Both the position numbers and the translations under genes were made by a program. A stretch of 64,000 nucleotides of DNA from the human T2T-CHM13v2.0 reference genome, Homo sapiens. The notes beneath the pieces were generated by a model. It was not told the DNA's origin and did no database searches. It saw only the letters and a list, made by a program, of their open reading frames with translations. The stretch lies in assembly GCF_009914755.1 (NCBI RefSeq), contig NC_060927.1; one strand, written 5' to 3'. Positions 14,650 through 27,248 of the stretch are shown piece after piece; within the stretch, counting starts at the first letter, position 1, and the number at the start of each line of letters is the position of its first letter.

Positions 14650-15400
14650 TGATACACTGAACCAGGGAAAACAAAATGAATTGTTAACATTTCGCTGGGA
14701 CTATTGATTGCTGTCAGGAAAATCAACTTCTAAAGTCAAGTCATATTTTAATATTTTTCTTTATTAAAACCTGCAAATAAAAAGTTAAAGCTTGACTTCT
14801 GGGTACTTTTATGAATTATACAGAGATGATGAAAGGTATATATCTGTTTCTTCAGAAAATTTGGAGCTATGCAAAAGAGGAGCACCCAGAATACACATTG
14901 AGTGTGTTTCCAGGGCAAATCTGCCTAAGATAAAGGCAGATATTTATGAAAAGCTTTAAAGTGGCATTTGCTTAGAAGGTTCCAAATGTACTTATTTATT
15001 AATAAAAAAAATTATACTCCATAATGAAACTGTTTAAAATCAACTCTGAATCATCAGTAAATGATAATTATTTGTTTCAATTTTCAAGAAAAATGTAACA
15101 ACTATTTATTTTATTGTTTTATCTAATCTTACCACTGAAACCATCAATACATGAACGATTATAATATTTTTAAAACAAAGTTATGCTGTACTGCAAAGTA
15201 TTTTCAAAATTTGCAGTACCAAAGATCACATTATATATGTTTGCTAGCATAAGTTTTGCTGAATATCAGAAAGTGTTTAAGGAAAATCTACTCTACTGAG
15301 GGAATATTGCTTTATTTACTTTATAAACTTGTATCTCTACGTACAATTGAAATAAGATATATGTTTTTAGTTTAATATATTCTCACCAACACCCTAGAAC

Positions 15401-15613
15401 AACACACTAGGAAAACTCTTTAGGCAGCCAAATCTAGGCCACCACTCATTTTGTAAATAAAGTTTTACTGGAACGTAGCTATGTATGTTCATTTGTGTAT
15501 TGTCTATGAATGTTTCACACCAACAGCTGAGTTGAACAACTGTGTTATAGATGGGCTGGCCCACACAATCCAAAATACTTATCTGCCCTTTACAAAACGG
15601 TTTGCCAACCTAA
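15401..15613 (+). mobile_element. MER58A (hAT-Charlie MITE)
   Basis: ttttgtaaataaagttttactggaac...tattgtctatg...ccctttacaaaacggtttgccaacc. Confidence 0.8.
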
Positions 15614-15617
15614 TTCT

Positions 15618-15919
15618 TTTTTTTTTTTTTTTTGAAACGGAGTCTCGCTCTGTCGCCCAGGCTGGAGTGCAGTGGCGCGATCTCAGCTCACTGCCAGCTC
15701 CGCCTCCTGGGTTCACGCCATTCTCCTCCTGCCTCAGCCTCCTGAGTAGCTGGGACTACAGGCGCCCGCCACCACGCCCGGCTAATTGCTTTTGTATTTT
15801 TAGTTAGAGACGGGGTTTCACCGTGTTAGCCAGGATGGTTTGGATCTCCTGACCTCGTGATCCGCCCGCCTCAGCCTCCCAAAGTGCTGGGATCACAGGC
15901 GTGAGCCACCGCACCCGGC
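15618..15919 (-). mobile_element. AluY
   Basis: Y diagnostics (gctccgcctcc, ttcacgccattctcc, accgtgttagccaggatgg); many CpGs retained; 16-bp TSD ttgccaacctaattct (15602-15617 / 15920-15935). Confidence 0.97.
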
Positions 15920-17339
15920 TTGCCAACCTAATTCTAAAATACAAGTTTGATTTATTTTTTTTCCTTTCAAATTACGTAAAGAAATTGCATGAATAAAAAG
16001 TACAATAATAATCTAATATATGCTTGTGATTGCTCTCTACCAATTGTTATACAAATAATTAAATGAAACATCAAAATTGATTAATTAATACTGAATTCTT
16101 TAGACTTCAAATAATTTTGGATGGATATCCCATGAGACACAGGGGATACAAATAGTTATAACACTCTGTTACTCATATGCAGGAGCTTATAGTGTTTTTG
16201 CAGAGGTAATATACTTAAAAAAGAGAACTGCTAATACAAACCAAGTTAAGCTAAGTTCCAAAGATTAGATATAGTGAATAAATGCTGTAAGAATTCAGGA
16301 AAAGGATAGATGATTGTTTAAGGTAACTAAATTTGGAGGCTATGTAATCAATAATAATTTTAAAGATGGAGAGTTTGCTTAATCCTAAGAAGTAGGATTC
16401 ACAAGTTTGGTTAGCAAGGGTAAGAAAGAACATTCTAGACCAAAAGAATAGGTTGACTCATTTTGATGTAGGTACATGTATTCCAAACATTTATAACATT
16501 TTATAATTTATTTTATTATTAATATGTTACTATGTTCTTGAGTTTTTGATGGTTTTGTCATTTAACTTAAAATGGAAATATGTATCTAATTTGTAAAGGA
16601 TAATTCCTACCAGAAACATATTGTATAGAGAAGTAATCGCTAAATGATGACTATAAAAAACTACAGTTTATGTGGTGCCTAAATTCGTTTCCTCCCAGTC
16701 TCCAAAAAAGAGTGATTTTTAAATTCAGTTAAGTATAATCAAAACAATATTAGTAGAGCTTACTATACAATTGATCCTGGTTTTTAAGTACCTAGGCATA
16801 CAAATATTTTATCTGAGTATGTCAAGAGAGACAGTTCAAGGGAATAGAGTTTGTTAATACAGAAGACAGAATAATACTATATATTTTATCTTCAACTTAA
16901 TCTGTGTGCTTTCATTTCAAGGGCCACAAGTGTTAAGATAATTCAAGAGGTTAGTAAAAATGTATAATGAATTATTATCGGATTGAAACAGGTATTCAAT
17001 GTTTTTAAACAGAGTTTTGCTTCATATTCAGAGGAAAAGGAACAAGTTAAAAAGCATATTAAATGTTGTTTCAGTATGACTGTTCTGTCTTCAGTGGAAA
17101 TGCTGGGCAGTTTTGATTGCTTATTCTTTGCTTATTTTAAAATACATTGTCTAGAATTTTCTTAGATAAATTTGAAATTAAGAAAAGAAAATAAATCTTC
17201 TTAGGATTTACTTCTGCTACAATTTAGAGTGTGAATATAGAGAAAGACCTAAACAATATGACTTTGGAGTACAGGAATTATAGCATTAAATAGGATATTG
17301 GTAGAGCAGGAAATTCTAATTAACTACAGTAACATGTCA

Positions 17340-17486
17340 GTTATTTGGCACTGTTCGATAGAAATAATAGGATGTGAATTTCTATTAAACACATCCTATT
17401 ACCGTTATTAATGTATAACATTACATGTTATACATTACAAATAACATGCCAAATAACACTGTAATAGTATGTGTTCAATAGAAATT
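17340..17486. repeat. Complex nested inverted repeat / hairpin
   Basis: Perfect 13-bp stem taatgtataacat/atgttatacatta with a 3-nt loop, inside ~33-bp imperfect outer arms (17377-17409 / 17452-17486). Confidence 0.85.
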
Positions 17487-17689
17487 TTTGTCTGTGAAAC
17501 TAGAGACAATCCTTTTCAGTGTTAAAACATTTTAAAAAACATAAATAACTAAGATTCTTGAAGATTATATAATATTTATTAGTTGATGCAAGATCATCAT
17601 CAATATCAGTCATCCTCATCTTATTAGGCATCAGTAGCCACATTTGCCACTCTAATTAGAAGGGCAAACAGATTTGGACAAAACTAATT

Positions 17690-18100
17690 GTGGCCTATGG
17701 GAATATTGTTTCCCATTCTTTAATTCCTTCCTCTGCCATACGACCTTGAAGTGCACTAGAGTCCGTGAAATGCATTGCTCTGCTCCATCCATGTTGGGCT
17801 TAGTCAAATGATTTTTTTAGGCATATGCAATATGGATAGGTCTTAAGAAACACTGTGTATTTCTACTTGCTTTCTTATGCTCATGTTAAATGTCAAAAGA
17901 AGAGTATGCCCTGGATAGCTGCTGGTCCCAGAATGAGACCTGTGGAGCTCCCTGGAGCCCCACCGATACCCTGGAGCCCCACCCAGCTGACCCACAGCCT
18001 GAAGCAGAACTGCCCCATATAGATTTTTGAACAAGAAGAATAAATGTTGCTGCTTTTCTGAGCCATTGAATTTAAGTAATAGCTCTGTACTATACAAGAT
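17690..18100 (+). mobile_element. MLT1-family (H/I-like) MaLR LTR
   Basis: gaagagtatgccctggatagctgctggtccc...aataaatgttgctgc...agccattgaa. Confidence 0.65.
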
Positions 18101-18451
18101 ATTCTGCATAAACCAAAGACTTTATTTTTGGTGACTTCAGCTTATATTAATCTATAAGTCATGAATAAAGCATAAGGCTTGTTTTTGAAAATTGATGGTG
18201 GAAACCTCACTTAGTTTTTTATACATGCATAACGCGAGTTAAGCTGTAAATTGTAGAAATTTCTGAATCTTTTCTAGATGCGCGATCAGTTTTACCTGTA
18301 TCTGAAATAGATGGTTCATGGAAGCACCTATAGCCACAAATGAATTTTCGTACTTATTTGATAAGGTTTAGAATTTCTTTAACAGGGTAGGGAGATGTGT
18401 TTGATTTTACAATTACATTAAATGAATAAACTAATGGGAGAGAGTAATTTT

Positions 18452-18915
18452 TTGGTAGATTGTCTCCAAAAATGGGAACCAGCAATTCCTCCCATTCCTA
18501 TTCTATGTATGCTTCTCCTTTATCAAAAGATGGGGTCTGTGACTCCTCTCTTTTAATCTGTGCTGGCCCTGTGACTTGCTTTGACCCTATATCAGTTTTG
18601 GGTGTAGAGCTTAAGAGATCTGACAGTTTCCACTTTTGCTGTTTTGAAAGCCAAGCACCAAGTAAGAAGTTGAATCTTGTTGGAGAGAGAGGACCAGCCA
18701 GTCTCTGGCTGTTCCATTCACCCTAGCTGAGGTATCAGCCATGTAACTGAGGCCAACTTGATGGTGCAGCTATAGTCCAACTTCCAGCTAAATATGTTTG
18801 CCTAAATTTCCTCAAGTAATGCTCTCTGGAACTGAGGGGTCCAGCTGACCCTAGACAATCTGAAAAACATCATGAAATCTAATAAACCCTTTTTATGCCA
18901 CTAATTTTTGCAAAC
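18452..18915 (+). mobile_element. MLT1-family (G/H-like) MaLR LTR
   Basis: gctggccctgtgacttgctttgacc; cttaagagatctgacagtttccacttt; tgccactaattttt end. Confidence 0.6.
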
Positions 18916-19967
18916 CAACCGACATTATGGAATTAAATTATAATTTCATAACTTTTTTTGGAATATTAATTAAACTAAATTAGAATTGGAAAGAGAAGAA
19001 AAGTATAACTAAGGCAGGGAACAAACCAAGAATTCTGATCCTGATATGTCTAAAGTTGAAATTTCCTTTCTTCTTAGTTTGTTTTGGTATTTTGTTGAAA
19101 TTTCCTATGAAGAGAGACTGACTTGGCTCTTGTCAGCATTTGAATTTCTTAGCCCTATTTCATGAATTTCAGATATTTCTAACCCTTGTGTTTTGATAGA
19201 GTATATTTAGTGTTTTGTATTTAAATTGCTAAGTGATATGAAAACTACATAGAAAAAGGATCCTAACTTTCTTTTACTTGGCCAGCATCCCGCTTGAAAT
19301 ACTGTGGAGAAAATTTTGAGTTGAATAGGAGAAACACTAGACTCAAAGTGCCTCGGTTTTCCAAAGCTGTCATCTTCCTGTAGGTTTCTTATGCAGAATA
19401 ACCTGTTCCATATTCAGGAGGTAAGTATCAATGGTTTTTTACGTGGATATCAATATAGGATTTGACATGCCTGTTACCTTATTCTCAATAAGATTATGAA
19501 AATGTATGCATTAACTGTTTTTGTTTTCTTGGCTTTAAGGACTACAACTGTAAGTCAACCATATATAAAAGCACATTAGAAAGTGTAAAAGAAACAATAC
19601 TTTAAAAAGAATAGATCAGATATTTATAGTGGACTTGCTTCTAACTTACTAAGAACCAAATCAAATAACATATTTTCTCACAACAATTCAGTGTCTTGGG
19701 AATTTGCAAGTGTTTAAACAAGTTCTAAGTTTGTTGCTCATCCAATTCTCAGAGAAGTTTAAATTTGAAATATAAAAAGACTTTTGCATTCTTCTTGTTG
19801 CAAGCATCCAGATTCGAAACCATCTACATTTTCCCTGTAAAAACAGAAATTGGTGAGAAAAAATATTTTAGATTTAGGTGGACATTTTAACAATGCATGA
19901 AAAGATTTGGTAGGGGTCTAAAAAAATGGCGATGACCCAGCAGTTATTTAAAACTTAAAAGATTTGT

Positions 19968-20413
19968 AACCAACCCAAATGCCCATCAATGATAGACTGG
20001 ATAAAGAAAATGTGGCACATATACACCATGGAATACTATGCTGCCATAAAAAAGAATGAGTTCATGTCCTTTGCAGGGACATGGATGTAGGGAAGCCATC
20101 ATTCTCAGCAAACTAACTCAAGAATAGAAAACCAAACACCACATGTTCTCACTCATAAATGGGAGTTGAACAATGAGAACACATGGACACAGGGAGGGGA
20201 ACATCACACACCTTTGCCTAATGGGGGATGGGGGGCAAGGGGAGGGACAGCATTGGGAGAGCATTAGGACAAATACCTAATGCATGCGGGGCTTAAAACG
20301 TAGATGACAGGTTGATAGGGGCAGCAAATCGCCATGGCACAGGTATACCTATGTAACACACCTGAACATTCAGCACATGTATCCCAGAACTTAAAGTAAA
20401 ATAATAAAAAAAA
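19968..20413 (+). mobile_element. 5'-truncated L1PA (L1PA8-10-like) 3' end
   Basis: ggacaaatacctaatgcatgcggggcttaaaac...gtatcccagaacttaaagtaaaataataaaaaaaa. Confidence 0.92.
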
Positions 20414-21012
20414 GTTAAAAAGGATCTTTCCTGCATTAAGAATACCCAGCCACTATTCACTCCACCATGGTAGTATTGGAAAAGGCGGACAGCTAATGCA
20501 CTTGACACTCTTAACAAAGAGTGATTTAATCATATTTTATACTAAGAGCAATGGATGCTAACAAGGCCTTTAGAAAAAGACATAAACTTATGTATGTTTT
20601 AGAAAGATCATTCTGAATACAGTGTAGAAAATGGGTCAGAGACAAGCACACTTGGAAGGAGGGCTTCGGCACTGGTCCAGTACTTCAACTCTGGTGGCAG
20701 AGATGGAACCTCTCAGGCAACTTCTGCCTGGGATCCCCTTTCCTGTATTTCCAAATTGCTCAGCTCTTCATTTCTTATGTGTCTCAGCTCAAAAGTTGCC
20801 TTATCAGAAAGGCTTTCCCCAAGCACCCTATAAAATAGTTCAACTACCACTCTCTACCCCCACTTCATATTATACCCCTCTGCTTTATTTTTTTCATAGT
20901 ATTTCTTTTCCTCTGACATTTGTTTATTTTCTGTGTTTCTTCATTAGAATGTAAGCTGCTTGAGGAGAGAAACTTTGGGTCACTGGCATCAATGGCTCCC
21001 AAAAGATTTCAA

Positions 21013-21183
21013 ACAACTTGCTACTCCAAGTATGATCTATGGACCAGCAGTATTGCTATCACCTGGGAACTTATTAAAAATGCAGCATTTCATACCCCAT
21101 TCTAGAACTACAGAATTAGTAGCTAATTCATTTTGACAAGATCCAAAGTAATTCATGTATGCATTAAAGCCTGTGGAGCACTA
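21013..21183 (+). mobile_element. MER5-family (hAT-Charlie) element
   Basis: gctactccaagtatgatctatggaccagcag...atcacctgggaacttattaaaaatgcag...acaagatcc...gcattaaagc. Confidence 0.7.
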
Positions 21184-21196
21184 GCCCAGCACACTT

Positions 21197-21647
21197 AATT
21201 TTTTTAAATTTTTTTAAATTATACTGTAAGTTCTGGGTTACATGTGCAGAACGTACAGGTTTGTAACATAAGTATACACGTACCATGGTGGTTTGCTGCA
21301 CCTATCAACCCGTGACCTACATTAGGTATTTCTCCTAATGTTATCCCTCCCCTAGCCCCCCAGCCTCCACAGGCCATGGTGTGTGATGTTCCCCTCCCTG
21401 TGTCCATGTGTTCTCATTGTTCAACTCCCACTTATGAGTGAGAACATGTGGTGTTTGGTTTTCTATTCTTGAGTTAGTTTGCTGAGAATGATGGTTTCCA
21501 GCCATCCATGTCCCTGCAAAGGACATGAACTCATCCTTTTTTATGGCTGCATAGTATTCCATGGTGTATATGTGCCATGTTTTCTTAATCCAGTCTATCA
21601 CTGATGGACATTTGCGTTGGTTTCAAGTCTTTGCTATTATGAATAGT
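21197..21647 (-). mobile_element. 5'-truncated L1PA (L1PA7/8-like) 3' end
   Basis: Reverse L1 3'UTR and ORF2 C-terminus; perfect 15-bp TSD tagcccagcacactt (21182-21196 / 21648-21662). Confidence 0.95.
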
Positions 21648-23691
21648 TAGCCCAGCACACTTTAGATCCTCAATAAATTCTAGATGACAGCATAATATTA
21701 GAATAGGTAGAAGGTGACCATTGGATGAACATATAGACAGAGCTACAGGAAAAAGTCAAGGATGATAACTGAGTTTTGGGGCTTATAGCTTATGCAATTA
21801 GGAAGGTGGTGAAGCAACTCAACGAGATAGGAAACCCAAGTTTATATCTTGGGTTTAGATGAAAATTTAATTTTTTCAAAGGTGAAAATTTAGTTTTGGA
21901 TATTTTGGATGTGCGTATCCTGTGAACAGTCAGTAGCTAATTAAATATGGAAACCTGAAATTCAAAGGGAGATCAAGATTAGGCATATAAATCTTCTATA
22001 AATATAAATGGAACCATTCAGAGACTTACACTTTAATAGATCTCCCAATTATACCGTGACCAGATGCAGACAAACTGGAGCATTCACAAAAACATTTCTG
22101 TTTCAATGTTGAACTAATGGAAAGTGGCTTTAGCTATTTCTCATTTACTTAATTTTGCCCCAGTCAGACGTGCTTCATGATTTAGAAGGAGTACAAACTT
22201 CCTGCTACTTATTACCCAAGATGTTTAATCCTTTTAACCTACAGTTCATATTATTAGTCAATATTGGCTGATACTAATTACGTGTTGTGGTTATTATTAA
22301 CTGCTTATACTAAGAGGGAGACCAATCTGCTAAAGGCTTTCTTTCTAAAATTTCTGCCTTAGCTATGTATACATTATATAATCTTGGCAGGCAATCAGAA
22401 GAAATATTTAGGGGGCATTTTTTTCAGCTTCACTGAAGCATTTAACTTAATTGATTACACTTGGCTTTTACAGACAATGAGGACTCCCTGGTTGTAAATT
22501 GCTCAGATGACTATTCTCAATGGATGATGATATAATTAAACAGTAATTTCTGTTTCAAATGATAACATACACAAACAATGGGCAGCTTCCATTTGCTTGG
22601 GGATAAAATAATTTAGAAAAATTACAGACTATCACTATTTAAAAGCAGCAAATGTAAAAGAGGAGACTAATGGTTTTCTGGTGAGTTTTTTCACTATTAA
22701 ATCAGAGAATTCTCTAAAAAGATAATGCTAGCTGTATTGAAGGCAAACTAGTGTGTTTATTGACTTCTGTGAGCACCTGTAAGAGGTTCACTTTGCAAGG
22801 GTATATCAAACACGGTGCACTTTTTCATAACTTTGCTTTAGTATTCCACTTCTCAGAATCTCTCTCAAATAAATACTTTAAAATAATTCCCAAAAAAACC
22901 ACACAACTATCTTCAACTGGTTATTTTGCCATTATAAATGAATTTAAAAAAATTATTTTAACTGTCTCTTCTCTCTCAGAAGTGTGACCAGATTTTGGGA
23001 TCTTTCTTCTGGGATTCCTCACATAAGGGAGAGCAAGTTGAATAAAGAGAAATATCCAGGCTTTTGGAGAAAACAGGCAACAGGATGCTATTGAAGTTGG
23101 CCATTCAACAGTTGCTTCAGGAAAGTGGAGGCCCTGTGCTTTCAAAACACTAAGACAGAGATAGGAGTAAGTGAAGTGTTCGCATGTTATGGGAGACCCA
23201 GACTGAAGTTAACACAGAATGACTGGGGGCCACTGGAGGGGCACATCCCGCCCGTCAGGATTCCTGAGGCCACGGGCTATGCTACTGTGATGCTCTGAGT
23301 CCCAGAGCCCATCCTCAGCTTCCCAGATTACTTATCTCCAGGGCTCTTAAAAATTCCCAAGGAAGGCCACACCCTCCCTGTGTCCCTTAAAAAATGATTA
23401 GAATTGTTAAAAAATCTTCAATATCTAGTGGTGATGGTGAGGCGGTGGGGCCTATTAAAGAAACCATCATGACTTGGCTTGCTGCTTAATATCTTCCATC
23501 TATTAAACATATTTGATCAAATTCTCCCAAATATTCATTTGAAACAACACGACTAATATATCAGGTTCTCTTAAGTGTTTGAAACCTATAAAGGTACACA
23601 AATAAAACATAAGTGATCACTATAAGACCTTATTTCTATCTACACACATACACATATATAAACTGGTCACAGAATATTACAATTGCATGCT

Positions 23692-24130
23692 TATCTTAAC
23701 ATCCTCTAAAAGCAGAGCCTGAAACTAAGGCTTGCAGGCAGGTGGTTCATTGGGAAATGATTCCAGGGAATGTCAGCAAGAAATCCTGAGCAGAGTGAAG
23801 AGAGGAGGAAAAGCCAATCAGGGATGCCTTATGAAGTTGATCATCACTCTTGACACCTGGTGGTAGGCTCTAAATTAATTTATGAATGCATCTGAGAACT
23901 GTTAGCAAGGAAACGAAAGCTCTGCCATCCTCATTGGTCAAGGGAAGCCACACCAGTGTTAACTATCTTGAACTTTCAGGGTGCACATTTGTGGGCTCCC
24001 AAGTAGGTTCTCTTGAGGACAGGAAGTGAGAGTTATGTGACTTGAGCCCTAGTTACAAATCCTGTGTGGATCTGGTCATTATGGTAACGTCTAGAGGAAT
24101 AGACGAAACCAAAAAGTTTCAAAATTATCC
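23692..24130 (-). mobile_element. LTR33/LTR16-like ERVL LTR
   Basis: aagcagagcctgaaactaagg...ttgggaaatgattccaggga...aaagccaat pattern. Confidence 0.5.
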
Positions 24131-24325
24131 CAAGTAATTTGCCGTCATCAATAGAACATTATGTTGTACCCACTCTTTCACTATATGATTTCCTAGCTGA
24201 CTGCCACTTTATACAATATTACTCCTGTCATAATTCTTTTAGATTTCTATATCCAGTTAATGACTGACTCTAGGATACTGGCCATTGTCTTGATCTCACC
24301 TCCATTCCCCTCCATTCTACCTTTA

Positions 24326-24339
24326 CCACTAGAGGGCAT
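24326..24339 (+). promoter_or_regulatory. Candidate CTCF binding site within L2
   Basis: CCACTAGAGGGCAT matches the CTCF core. Confidence 0.5.
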
Positions 24340-26364
24340 ATATTAGACTATGTTATTACTAATAATGGTAACATCTCTACTCTCTCTATGACACATCCAG
24401 CTTTCCATACCTCACCTACTATATTTTTGATAACTTAACTTCAACATTGCTTATGCCTCACAAGGACCTATAATCCATCGATACTTTGGATTGTTCCTCC
24501 ATTTCTTGTGTTCTTATTCCCCATCTTACCCAAATGAACTTTCTTACGAAGTGTTCTAATTAGTCTCTGATATATGTCTTCAACTGTCTGTCCTCTCTCA
24601 CATTTTGATGAAATCACACAGATAAAGCCACTCTTCCTAATCTGTGCATCCTCCCACACAGAGGGAAATCACAGGAGCAGGCTGAGTGGTCTCACTTAAA
24701 CTCACCACCACCACCCTCAAGTAGGCTCTTAATGCTGCTCAGGAATCAAACATTTCCCTATCTCATTTACTCTCCCACTCTGGCAATGATTTCCCGTCAT
24801 TTCCTCACTCCTCAAACTTCTAACACCTTTCTTATCTTCATTCTCTGCTAACCACCTTGTCTCCCATTTCACTAACAAAACACAAGCAATCGAAAAACTT
24901 CTAGGAGACCCCACTACCTCTTCTACTCTCTTCCCTGTATATTTTCCTGTGTACTCTACCCTCTCTCCAATTTCAGAGAACAAACTCCTCTTCTTGTAGT
25001 CTAAACTTTGTCACTTTTAACCTCTCAAAGTCAACTTGCAAACAGTACATTCAGGTTTTGTGGGGCCTGAGCTTATAAATTTTGGAGGCCTTCTTTAGGA
25101 AAGAGTACAAAATTATACATATAAAATTAGGTACAAATGTGAATATTTATTTAAGATAAATCTCCACATGCTTGAAATATAAAAAAAATTGGAAAATTCT
25201 ATAAGAATCTTTAAATTAACAAAAATATATTTTTATTAATAGCCTAGTATGTTTCTATAATGCTTTTTTTCTTCTATATTTTGTTGCATACTTGTTGGTT
25301 GCCTTTGCATATGCCAAGAATAAATTTTAGAATAATTTAAATAGATTAGAGTGGAATAGAATGGTAATCCAGTCATTCTTTTAGTATTATTGATTTTGAA
25401 TTTATTGTTAAAATTTTAGAGAATTTTATTTCAACTTCAATATTGGTAATGTCATGTGTATTTTTAAAGACTGTTGTCAAATTGGGGCAATATTAGTTTT
25501 TTTCACATATGAGTTATAAAATCTTACTCTTGTGAGTGACAACTTTTAAATACCTGTATTCTTTTAGTGGACAATAGTATCCAATTTTTTATGACATCAT
25601 TATATTATAACTTGCATATTTCTTTATCAATGTCTTTATTTTGTGGTAAACTATCAAGAAACAAATGTTTTCAATGTGTTCATATGATTTATTTCTTCTT
25701 ATAAATTTGAATATCAAGTAAGCTGAGTCTATTCATTAATTCCAGTAGAAAGTGTATACTTTCTTAATTATTCATTTTTATAAGATTAAAAATATTAAAG
25801 CAATTTGGCTTCTTTAATGTCAGAAATAACTTAGCTTGCCTTAATAGAGGAATATATAAAAAATGATTTTATTGGTACAATCATAATTTTACAGACTGTA
25901 TTGTCATGTATATCCCAGACAGAATACTTGTGTTGTGACTAGTTATCAATGAAAAGCAAATTCTCTACCTCCAATTTTTAATATTTGATAATTTGAAGAA
26001 TTTCCCAAAGACTAGTTTCTGATTCCACACATTGTAAACTTTTTCCTCATCCATTACTAACATAATTCAGGTACTGGGCATGGCAGGTCACTTTCATATT
26101 GAGATGTGGCCTCTGATCCTGCCAGGATGCCAGGTGAGTCAGCACTGTGGTAAGAGATAGGATTGCTGGAAGACATTGTACATGGAATCAGGCAGCAGTG
26201 ACTGTCAACTACGAAAACATATCTTGCTAAACTCAAATCAAATGTATTCCCTAATTATATCTACCCCTAGACTAATCTGCCAAAATGTCGGTGACCACTC
26301 TGACACCACCTAACATGACTAGACGGGATGCTGAAGTGGGAAGAAATACTAGTCCTAATCATTT

Positions 26365-27248
<884 letters not shown>

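Noticed and set aside
23228-23245. CTCF-like ggccactggaggggcac
   Set aside because: Lacks the conserved core A and the GGC is out of register.
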